A stretch of DNA of 62,877 nt, counting the filler, from Dimargaris cristalligena (taxonomy: Eukaryota): NCBI GenBank assembly GCA_003614675.1. It is 3 parts of 3 records of this genome, joined end to end, with 100 filler letters (N's around TTAATTAATTAA, not from the genome) between each part and the next. Parts side by side here need not be neighbours in the genome. Positions count along the whole stretch, not along the records: positions 1 to 20,912 come from ML002682.1; positions 21,013 to 41,910 come from ML002683.1; 1 more part is not named here. One strand, written 5' to 3'. Of the stretch, positions 11,585 to 22,933 are shown piece by piece. Position numbers and translations under genes: made by a program. Under the pieces are notes generated by a model. It saw only the letters and a program-made list of their open reading frames with translations, did no database searches and was not told where the DNA came from. The first letter of the stretch is position 1. Each line of letters starts with the position of its first letter.

Positions 11585-14500
11585 TGATGCATTATTCCTG
11601 CTCTAGGTTAGCCAATGGAGCTCCTGACCATCCCGGCGAATACTAAACCACTAGGCGGGCATCTGATGTCACTCTTAGCATTTCTGGCTCAAATGGCCCT
11701 CCCTCCCTCACACCCTTCCCGTAAATCTTCCATCGGACTATAAGTCTTCTTTATTTCGGCGGAATATTCAATATAGCAATGTATAAGTTAAATATTATGG
11801 ATATATTGTAGTACAAATAGGCAGTTTGGCATTCATTATAGCATTAGCATAATGCAATAGATTACAGTAGTCATTGGAAGCCAACTCTTTTATTAATTGG
11901 GACCGGGGGTTAATTGGAAATGGCCGACTAAATAGCAATATCTGCTTCTAAAGGCATTCATCCGACTTAAATTGATAGGTTTAGTTAATTACATTGGGAT
12001 TTCTGCGCAGGAAAATTTAAGCTATTACGACCAGGCCCTGGCCTCGAAAATAATTTGCATTAGGCTGTATTACTCCATAACAACTTGCCACGAAAATACC
12101 ACGTGCTATGATAATCAACTATTCCCACCCTAGCACAAGACCGCAAGGGTATCTTTTACTGTAACTTCAATTTCGATTCAAAGACTCTCCTGGTCTTCAT
12201 TAGAGTTTTACGGATTCCAAAGATTACTTACAGATGCCGTTGCTTACTATTCCTATAAAGTCCACCTTTGTGGACTCGGGTAAGTTATTATAGTGATTGA
12301 CCTCCAGGACAGAGACCGATAATATTCTAAATATACCGTGATATCGACCCCATACGCTCCATTTTTAAGTGCATCATTTCTGAAGTATAAGCAGCATTCT
12401 GAATGGTCGGTAAGGCAACACCATACTTAACAGCTGGGTTGAATCGTGGTAGGCAGACTTAAAATGGGCAAATATCTGCTCTTATGGAGTCCTCTGATAA
12501 TTAAACTATACTGAAATGTGCTTGTGGGCGTCAAAGGGGCAGATTGGCTGGGAATACTTTAGCATGGGGATCGCTGCTTGAGCCAATGGATTTTATTTCG
12601 ATTATAGGCCAACTTGGCAACTCTCCTACAAATTCAGCCCTAGTACATTTTTTCCGGATTCAGCAGCCAAGGTTGGGCCAGCCGTGCAATGGGCCTAGGC
12701 CAGGACTTGTAAATTCATAGAGGCAAGATGCAGCTACATTGACTGCCTTATTTCTTACACTCTTTATTTAGGCTTACCCCATCCCTTATTGACACTTGTT
12801 GAGCATGCCGACCTAAGTAAATAATCAAGTGGTCCTAGTAAAGATAAGGGGATTGAAAGGTAGGAAGGAGTGGTGGATGTATTGCTAAACTGTGACCCAC
12901 CAGGGAATCTACACTACACCATAGATGCGAAATCCTTGGTATAAATTCCCTTGTAATAGAGGAATGAAGAGGCTACACCAGAAGGGGGGCCCGAGTATTC
13001 CCAGCCCAGATCAGTGGGATAAGTCTATAGATGCATCCGTTTCTTTTTAGGTATGGCTGCCGATAACGGGTGCCATATAGCTAACGATGTTGAGCCCAAA
13101 TGCCTCTGCAACAAGATCGCAAGATACCACATTGGCAATTGTCTCTCGGTCACTGATGCGGCTGGATTACTCCATAGGTGGATAAACTATCCCTTAGGAT
13201 TCGCTGCCGTATAAAGGCCTCGAACCATTTGCCTTCCTTTGGGGCTCGGGTCACCCAATTAAATATACTAATGTAAAGGGCCCCATAATGAGACGGAGAG
13301 GCACAGCGGACGAGGGGGCATCAGTTAGCCGATTCGTTAATACGACACGACACTCGGCAGTTACGCATATCATACTTGACCATTATCTATTCATGAAACA
13401 GAGATAATATCTATAAACGAATAAACGCAGGGTACTCTAGCGAAGCCATACCCTGATTTTTCCCCATCCGACTCCTCCGTGTCCTCCCCTCCCGCCAAAA
13501 TTAAGGACATTTGGAATGGCCGCGGGGACTCGAGATATCTATGCACAGTCCCACCGACCTGCCATCCCAGCCCGCGGAATGGGGATGAGGGATTTGTCGT
13601 TCCCTCGTATTCCTTACTAGGTATGCAGCTGATATGTCCATTGACACCCGTCCTATTTATCTAGGGCGATCTGTAAATAGTATTTAGGACATGGAGTGCG
13701 AGCCATACCAGGCTGTCCTGTCCACTCTTCAGGCCGAAAATTGAGCCCCAATGGGCAATACTGTATTACAATACCACTAATAAGCCCATCCCAGACAGTG
13801 CCGTATTATGTGCCTACTTTATGAACCATTAGCGTTCAAAGGAAAGGGGGTGAGGCCGGACCATACTTCATTGGATAGACCCACTTAGAGGGAGTTCTGG
13901 AGGCTTTGTCATGTACTATACAACGATGTTTCGCGATAAGGGCACAATGATACAGGGGGTCTAAATTTCGAACCTGTTGACCATTGCACCACCAGGTGTC
14001 ACCATAGGAAAGGTGATATAGCATTTGAAGGTCTACCTTGGGCAGCGACCAGGGTGAGGGGCCTGCCTGTAATGGCGCAGATTTTCCTGTACTACCACAG
14101 GAAATATTACTACATACCTTTAATTCATACTTGTTATTGAGAAAATGTAGCAGTTGTTTTACGTCTCTTGATTTTCAGATACATCCATAGGGCCCATTAC
14201 CCAACGGATGGGGTGATTTGGCTTAATTGTCCATGATATTGTCGCTCTCTATCACCAATATATGATTTTAACTTATTTTTCTCTACAGCCTCACGCAAAC
14301 CATTAGGGTGGAGCTTCCTCTATTGAACACATCATATCACACCAGTCCTACTTTTGTGCACCGTATAGCCCCGGCAGTGGGAGTTCCAGGGCAGCCACTC
14401 TACGGGGATATAGTTGCATTAATCAGAAAGTATTACAGTATGCGAGGCCATGTAACACCTGGATGCCTGCTGGCGGCCTCCACAGAATAGCAAGTCGCCC

Positions 14501-14911
14501 TACATTCACCAGCCTAAAAGTCAAGTCCATCTATTCCTCTCTCTATCCCGTAATACACACCTGCTTTTCCTAATAATGGGCTACTCTTCGCCGTTCCTAA
14601 CCCCGCTCTACTATCTGACTGCACTCAACTAAACCAACCATTTTCCCCGTCAAATTTTAACGATCCGTATTTAGCTAATATTGGCAAGTGCCCCTATTGT
14701 ACCTATCCATCCCACCCAGGCCATCGCGGGTTTAAATACCACCCCCCCCGCCGTGTTTCAGATAACCGCAACGTCTACCTTTTCCCCTATCCTGTTTTCC
14801 TTCCCCCAGAGGTCGTTTTCCAAATTTCAAGTCCAAGTATCTACGGTCACCGATTTTGCTCAGTAGGCCTTGTGTTTCTGATTATACCTACCCGCTCATC
14901 CCTTGGTCACC

Positions 14912-16469
14912 ATGCGAGTATCCGTCCTTTTTGGCTTGTATCCTCTGGCCCTGTTGGGCCCGATGGTATCTGCCATGCCGAGTAATCCAATGGACAGGTT
15001 TCCTATAGAGCTTCAACAAGAGGTGTTTGGCCATTTACCCCCACTTAGCAAGCTAATGGCCACGAACGTGAACCAAGAGTGGCGGGACATTATTTTGAAT
15101 GACCAGAGAGTCCGTAATGCCAAGGTAAATAAGAACTACACGGCTGATTATAGTAGTTTTTTATTTAGTGCTTAATGATATTAGTTCTCTCAGTGCTACC
15201 ACATCTATTGGATTGCATAATTAAACCTGCGATAGTCTTAGCCAGGCACCATGTTCCTATAGCCAACCCCCCCCCCCCCCCGTCTGGCTACCTCCTATTA
15301 TATAGTGTTTTATTAATTTGAGCTAATGCTAATACCGTAAATCATCATTCCATTCGTAGGCTATGGATGTGTTCATGTCCAACCCTGCTATCTACCCGGC
15401 CGAGGGCTCCAACCGTGCTACCCTGGACAGCAAACCTGGGAATCTTGGCCCCCTTTTTGACAACCTTATGCGCTCAATAGTGGTCAAGATGGTTTACCGC
15501 CATTTGAATCAACTTGGATTCGATGCACTAGGCAACCCCATATCTAATCCGACTCGACCTACCGCCCGACTTGCTTTAAACCCCAAGGTCCCGGAAGCTA
15601 TTAAAGCCTTCAAGCCCGAGCTCGAATGGCTCCATGCGAATCTCATTTCCATCCAAGTGGACGACAGGTCGAACGATATCGTCAACGCCTACTTCCCTGT
15701 CATCAACACCATTCACATAGGTGATTTGACCCACCTTGAGCCATTGGTAAATTACATGTGCACCGATGATTTTGCCCCGACGATGGGTCGCACCCTGGCG
15801 AACTGGATGCCTGAAAGCTATGTCAATTTCTTGAACATTTTAATGTTTGGCACTCAACCTAGGACCGAACCCATATCCGAAGTCACCCACATGGAGCAGC
15901 AGCGAGATATATATTTACCCGAGAATATCAAGCGTGATCTCCGTGTCACATTGATTCAGGCTACCACCTATCTAGCCACCCAGTCGGGTAATTTGCAACG
16001 ACTTAAGGAGATGGCTCAAGCCACGAGCCCATTTGAATTGAACACGGGCAGGGCGAATCCCAATAGTTTGGCCAGATATGATCGAAACATGGCCGCATTG
16101 ACCGCCATTCTTCAAGCCAACGCTCTGCTGGCCGAAGAGATATTAGCCATGCAGCCCCCAACCCTACCCCGACAGGTACTGGGCTACTGTGCCATTAAAA
16201 TGGGGTTCACTACCGAGGAGCATCTCCCCCAAGACTGGCAAAACCCTTCAGAGGAACAATTGAATCAAGCGCTCCCCATTAGATCGATGGTTGGTGATAT
16301 GGCCTGCGCCAGCGAATTGTACGGTTTGGCCACACCTATGATTTTGGGAAAGGACGGAAAGATCTCCCTGCTTTATTATCCTCTGAACGATCATCCGGTG
16401 GCATTGGCTATTCCCACTGGCTTGTCGACCGAGGCTGACATTGATAGACCCCTAAACCCTGCAGATTAA
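14912..16469 (+). CDS. Predicted secreted F-box protein, ~440 aa; exons 14912-15124, 15360-16469
   Basis: Signal peptide MRVSVLFGLYPLALLGPMVSA; F-box consensus MDRFPIELQQEVFGHLPPLSKLMATNVNQEWRDII; phase-0 intron AAG|gtaaat...cgtag|GCT joins the 368-aa ORF in frame. Confidence 0.8.
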
Positions 16470-17912
16470 GCCCAACACCCTGGTGATGGCGTATAAAATA
16501 TTGGCGATGGGGCTCATATGGCCGATGAGACCACCCCTTCTCCTCTTCCTCAAACGCATTTACCTGTGGGTTACTTCGTGCTGCAGTCCGATATCTTCCT
16601 TATTTGTTTTGCATATAAAATTTGGATACAAAATTCACTTATTTTATAAACGATATATGAATGGACAATATTCGCGGATGGTTGTAGTTCTGGTAGTGTT
16701 GTGTTGATGTGGTTAAGAATAAATGCAAATACAGTTATTTATAATGGGCTGTCGGTTTACGTGATTTTTTTGGTGGATAATTATGTTGAAATATGTCTTA
16801 ACGGTGCTATAATAATAACGTGTTATGGACCAACTATATTGGTTTATCTAGTCATTCTTTGTCCTCTCACTGTAACCACTTATAATGTCCTCTAGCTGCT
16901 ATCTTTTCTTCTTAGCTTGATTGATACACATCTCGTGTTTCCAACAAGTACTTCCTCTGCTATACCTAATAGAAGCCAGCCCACCTGGATTTTAAGCAGG
17001 GTAAGAATATTCGATGAATGTAGCTGTCTTCCTTAGACCTTGTAAGCCCATATCATGACATCCGTAGTCCTACTACTTTTGGCATTACAACTCCTATTAA
17101 TCTAATCCTATAAATTGGGGGAGGGTTTTATTTAGGTTGTAAATAACTATTAAATATAACCAGTACCCATAAATTTTTGTTTAAGGGAATAGATGGACCA
17201 GACAAGTCCAATGGAAATAAAATGCCAAAGTCCAAAGATGGGTGCATAGCTGGTTTATAATATAATAGTTGCATGTTAAACTTAATACCTAATTATATGC
17301 ATATAATCTAGTCTCGTTATTGAAGGTGTATTTTATAATACCACTTATATCATGATTACTTCTCTTTGATGTAATTAAGCATTACCTTGTAAAAATTTAG
17401 TGAAAATTTGAATTTATTTGTATACAGCCCAATATAGGTCAGCCAGCCAAGAAACATGACATAAACATGTATACTGTATTGAGTAATGCAGAGCAATAAG
17501 AAAGTTGAAATGGCATTGGAATCGGCAAGCACAAAGAAACGATCTCTGTTTAAGAGTACGCAGGAAATGCTGGTAAATTGGGAGGTTAGACAAACTAGAG
17601 GGTGGCATTTAAATAGGAATATAAGAATCAGTCGAAATTTGGTCATGAAGTCCTTTATCCAAGTCAGGATACCCTTTTCATCTACTCCTTTTCCACCTTG
17701 TCGAATTGGAGAGATAGATAGACCTAGGGGCTGCTACAACGATTAGGACTCTGGTAAGTCTTGTTTTTGATGAATAGGGACTCCTAACCCAGCTCTCCCA
17801 TTGGTTTATTTGTGATGGCTAAGACTGACTAGTGTCAAGGGGTAAGGGAGGTTGGAAATGGGCAAAATGGCTACAGAGGGTGTGGATTGGCTTTTGCTTT
17901 TCTACAAATGAA

Positions 17913-18113
17913 TTACATGCCGCATCTAGCAGGCTTAAGGCTAGGAGACGGCCTAATAGGCATTCTGGTAGGAAAGGGGCTTCGACGCTGAAGCCGATCA
18001 ATTTGGGAATAGACGCTTCCCTGACCGTTAGGCAGCGAGGCTTTGACATGGGCCAGGGTACAGGCCACGACGACCGAGACGAGGAAGGCAATGGTAAACT
18101 TGGTAAGATACAT
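17913..18113 (-). CDS. Small secreted prepropeptide, 66 aa, with Kex2-type site
   Basis: Hydrophobic signal MYLTKFTIAFLVSVVVACTLA(HVKA); LQRR dibasic site; TATATAAA ~150 nt upstream (18261-18270); AATAAA downstream (~17805-17810, minus strand). Confidence 0.7.
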   Translation of the reverse strand: MYLTKFTIAFLVSVVVACTLAHVKASLPNGQGSVYSQIDRLQRRSPFPTRMPIRPSPSLKPARCGM

Positions 18114-20150
18114 GCTGGTGTAGGATAGTGGAAAGGCGGCGATGGATAGTATAGAATGCAGCGTGGGCGGTCAACAGAAAGTGGATTTGAACTACCAGTA
18201 TGGAAATAGAGGCAAAGATGGAATGATGATGGCCTAATTGGTGGGGGGTATTCAATGGTATTTATATAAAACCGGGGCTAAGACCCATAAGGTGAATGAC
18301 AAAGCTTCGGATACAATAGGCGGCCCCACGGCACTTAGGCCAACACTCAATCCGTAGACACTGCTACCAATCAATGGGTTTAGCTAACACTGGCGATTTT
18401 TACTTGATCATCTGAATAAATGAATGACATGAAAATATAGGGGAGCTACCCTTGCCCACCGACTATTATTAATGCTGCCATTCCTTTTGCTTTAGGGGAC
18501 TCGGTATGTGGTAGAGAAACCAACGGGGGAACTCTAATATTTGAATAATGAAGAGCAGGAAAGTAGCTCAGTTGATTGTTGGAAACCGATTGTATTAATT
18601 AATATGATAATCCCTATATCTGAAAATGTGGTCTACCAGAAGCGGTGTTACCCAACAGTATCATTTTGAATGTTAACCCCCTGCTGTCCAAGATCTGCAT
18701 TCTCCCCATGGAACCATCAATACTGAACTAGTAGGTACGAGACATGCCATGCTGACCCATGGGTATGAACTCTGGCGGTCAAGCTTCATTACTCTTCTCC
18801 TCTTCCCCCCAACTCAAATGAGGGATGCCACACAATAAACTTGTCGAACCAAGCATACTTTTTATTTATTTTAAAAAATAATAATAATACTGATACTCCT
18901 ATTCCATGCGTCCGCCATGGCCTAGGCCTTCGCGGTGGTTTATTAGCTAATTATGTCTGTACAAGTGGACAACCCCGCCAATACTCGACTGGCCGGATGG
19001 GACGAGTAGCTCACTTCACCTTTTTACCGAGACTGATAATGTAGAACAAGTAGGTGACTTCAACATAATGGTGGCATTTCCCTTCGCCTGGCTTGTGTTC
19101 TATATCATTATCATTGGAAAGGCATTGGTTTGCACAACATTAGCCCGGCGTCCCTTTCCCTTCACCAAAGCCATGGGTCGTCTAATCATTGGCAGATTTC
19201 TCATGACCTCTGCCCGTTAGGCCGGCGGTCTTAAAGAGATACCAATGATTAATTGGCGTCAGCTTCCGAAAAACAAAGTGACAAAGAAGGGCTGTGGATC
19301 AGACTGGCGCCCTTGAGGCTCATTCATTAATAGATGTGGCATTCTGTCTATGCTGGTATTCTAAAAAGAAGGCACTGTGCCAAGTCTATGGCGGAAAAGT
19401 AGATGAATGGTCAATCCAATCTAGCAGATTTCGTGCATTGTGCCTATACCACGGTATTGTGCTGGGGTTTAAAAATTGGCAGGGTATTGCAAATCCTCTT
19501 TTCCTAAAATAACATGACTAAGTAAATGGCTCAAATAGAATTCCTGCTGCTTCAATTCCTGCCCGCTCTAACAATTGTAGTCCCTAGTGTCCCATAATAT
19601 CAGGTATATAGTGTTTGTATCACTTTAAACGTCCCTTCCTTACTGAGGTCACCAACATTAGAAGTAGTCCAATCACTACATCTTCAACTTATTATAATGG
19701 TGTCTACTGTACAGTGCCACAGCAGAGGTTGGGTGGTAACTGTGCTGGTGCAAATAGACGGAAAGGTGGTATGGCAGTTGTGGTGAGTGAGGCCTTTAGG
19801 GTATAGTCAATAAAGCCATAGCTATGGCTTAAAGCACACCATAATATCCCTCAAGGTAGATAATCCATAGGGCAGATCTGCACACCAGAACCAAGCCAAG
19901 GTTGGTAATCCAGGGCTTGGGACCAGTTTACCAATGCTATTAATCTAATATCCAAAGGTGAAATTAATAGTCACATGGGCCAATTTCCGCCATATTCCAA
20001 TCAGTATTAACATGTGCATGCCAACTAATGAACCACTTTGGGGGTTTTACTGCCACAAATGTCATTGGTAGTGGGATAAGACATACACAAAATTGTAGTT
20101 AACAGAATGAGGCAGACTCCCTTAGCAAATTAAAGGGTGGGTGGTGGGTA

Positions 20151-20718
20151 CATGGTAAAGAATAGTGATGTACTATGTGCTAAGGTGTGGCCTGGGGAGA
20201 GTATCTCTTGCTTCTGGGCTATAGTAGTGGGCCACTCCCTCCCCCAAAGTATCACATACTCATTCTCTAGGTCTGTTTAAACATATATCTACCAATAACC
20301 TACTATATCTTCTTATCTGTTTTTTCTTACCATACTGCAACATTAGCTATTAATAAAAGTTATATCAAATTGGGACTTCAGTACTCACACTAGTTTATTT
20401 CATCTTCAATGTGTTAGAAATATGGATTTGATAGTAAACACAAGTACCTTTGAATACAACTAAAATGTTTTAAAGAAGAGAGAAAGAACCACAAGGGGCA
20501 AGGCTAGATGCCCACAGTAGGTTTTATTGAGTTGGAATTAGTAGTAATAATGACTAGGACAAAGTCCCGGGTATAGAATGATATAGTAAAGATTAGAATA
20601 TAGTCCCGAGTATAGGACAAGCCAATCAGAGTAAAGGAATTGGTGGGACGGGGGAAATGAATTTCCAACACAATGAACCATTTAACTGAATAATACTTGC
20701 TGTAGTGCACTTACCACA
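20151..20718 (+). mobile_element. Possible older, degenerate LTR (with upstream purine tract) interrupted by the copia solo LTR
   Basis: G-rich tract AAAGGGTGGGTGGTGGG (20132-20148) precedes CATGGTAAAG; the segment ends in CTTACCACA (imperfect inverted termini); internal AATAAA; region is CpG-poor. Confidence 0.35.
20412..20670 (-). mobile_element. Solo LTR of the Ty1/copia family found at 61011
   Basis: Reverse complement aligns end to end with 61011-61270; TG..CA termini; flanked by a perfect 5-bp TSD CAATG (20407-20411, 20671-20675). Confidence 0.93.
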
Positions 20719-20769
20719 TTTTTTACCTACTTTTATTTTTAATCTATTTTTTGCACTTATCGGAAGTAC

Positions 20770-20902
20770 GCCCCTGACAAGTGAATGAGCCCCTGCCCCT
20801 GCCCCTGATGAATATAGTCATTTTTCCTCTATTTTCATTAATATAGTATTTTTTCTATTATTATATTTTATACCCTTGACTGTGATGCACCCCTGCCCCT
20901 GA
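20770..20902. repeat. Clustered (G)CCCCTG short repeats at a contig end
   Basis: About six copies of CCCCTG in three groups within AT-rich sequence, next to the gap. Confidence 0.6.
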
Positions 20903-20912
20903 CCGGATGATA

Positions 20913-21012
20913 NNNNNNNNNNNNNNNNNNNNNNNNNNNNNNNNNNNNNNNNNNNNTTAATTAATTAANNNNNNNNNNNNNNNNNNNNNNNNNNNNNNNN
21001 NNNNNNNNNNNN
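20913..21012. other. Assembly linker (N44-TTAATTAATTAA-N44)
   Basis: Exactly 100 bp with a six-frame stop spacer; identical to the linker at 41911. Confidence 0.98.
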
Positions 21013-21080
21013 CTTTTGACCAGTAATATTTACCTCATCAAATGGATTATTCGTTATACAGCCTGGATGAATTTCTGCCA
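21013..21080 (-). mobile_element. Partial copy of 138-bp MITE, truncated by the gap
   Basis: Reverse complement matches the left half of 60775-60912; ends ...GAATTTCTGCCA followed by TA. Confidence 0.85.
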
Positions 21081-22933
21081 TATAGTCCACCATAACTGCA
21101 GCCGAATAGCCCGCACATGTCGGCTAATTTTAGACGGATCCCGCTTGACTCGATACGGCGCCCCGGGTAGTACCTAAACATTACAACACACCGCAAATTT
21201 ATAGTATCCATCCTTCATTGATTAACATAGCCCAGGCAAAGACTCGGCTTAGTTTCTTCGTCGTATTATGTAGAGAGAAGGCGAAGGAAGCATGCGCATC
21301 ACCAAATGGTCAACAGTGGCCCCATTGAGAGGGTCTAAAGACTCTGGGCATGGGAACAAACTAAAACTATTGATCAAAAGAGCGGGAGTAGGGCCATGAC
21401 GAGTCCCGGACACGCCAAGGCAAACAGCATGTGGTTATCCGGTATTGTGAAAGGCCCCACCCATCTCGTAATAACACCCCCAGCCCCGATAGATTCATTC
21501 ACCACATATACCATAGTTATAACAGTACTGAATGAGGAAGGAAATGCCGGAATGCTAAAGATTGAATTCCAATACAACTATGGGCCATCTCCTTACATAT
21601 CGAATAGGTCACTCGCACTCGAGCCATTGTTAAGGCCAAATAAACATTGGATTCGACAGGCTGTGATTGACCCGCCCACTCACCAGTGCTCAGGCGTATG
21701 TGGTGCGCTCAGGTGTAATTAAATATAACCCCCAGTAACGTATGTAACCCGGGACCCTGGTCTGGTCGAAAAAGTCTCAACTGATTATCGTCACCAACTC
21801 CATCTTCGATCTACATGAATAGGGGGTATATAGCATGTATCCGGTCTAATAAGCCTCCCCCGCTTCCAATACTATCCGTTAACCCGCAGGTCAATAGCTG
21901 CCTGAATAGTTGTCGTGGCCTGTTGCAAATAAATAGATTGGCGGGACTTATTCTGGGGCTGGATTACGTACTCCCCATTAAATCTTTACACCACGATTTT
22001 CGCATGACATGTGTCCCTCAATCACTCATACTGCGCGTACTCTCCACATTTGTCAAAAATCCCCTCCCCCATAGGATTAGCCGGCTACCCTTTTGATATG
22101 TGGTTCAGTGAACTGATTTGAAAGATCCCTGACTGGCAGTTTCGACTGTTATATTCAGAACCCGTGTCTTCAATGAGGCGGCCTTTAATTGACCAATCAA
22201 TGCATCATTCGTGGAAAGAATTACCCGTTCATGTGGGAGATGAGATGTGCGAGTACTAACTAGGTGTAGAGGTTGGATGCCCACTATATTTACAATTGGC
22301 ACCGCCACTTATCTCATACCAATGGCTGTCATCAGCTGCCCCATCGGCTTGCGTAATCATAAATATAATCAAAATATCTTTCAGCGACACCGCTGTTCAC
22401 TTTGGTATTGCAATACCCGTATTATATTAAATGGTTGCACGATTCAAGGCATTACCAAAATGTCGATAGTGATATTATTAGTTTATGCAAAAGTCAGGGG
22501 GATAGTATATATCATATATATAGATGGAGTTCATAAATACAACCCTCTTTACGATCTAAGAGGGGCAAACAAAGCACGGTTGATAACCAGTGGAAATATT
22601 AAACATAGCCCAGGGGGGAGATTGGGCAAGCAGTGATCCGCTAATAGGTATAGTGGGACAAACAGGATGTCGCCACTATCGCGCGCACGAGTTTTTAAGT
22701 GGCAAATGACTAAAATGATAAGATAGTTAAATATCAAACAGCCGTAGATAGTTGCTTAACTGGATTTTTAAATTAACGGTCACAATGGATCGCATAGCAA
22801 AGTATATATATATAGATATATAGATATATCACAAAAAAATAAAAACAGGGTAAAAAATGTAATTCAATAAATAATCTAGCCCTCTGTAAACCATGCCATA
22901 GGTAGTCCGTATATCGTTTTTTTAAAAATGGTG

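Noticed and set aside
16784..16945. TGTTGAAA...TTTCCAACA segment resembling a solo LTR
   Set aside because: No matching TSD and no internal similarity to the LTR family in the window.
20957..20968. TTAATTAATTAA palindrome inside N runs (also 41955-41966)
   Set aside because: Artificial six-frame-stop linker; it also means adjacency across the gaps is unverified.
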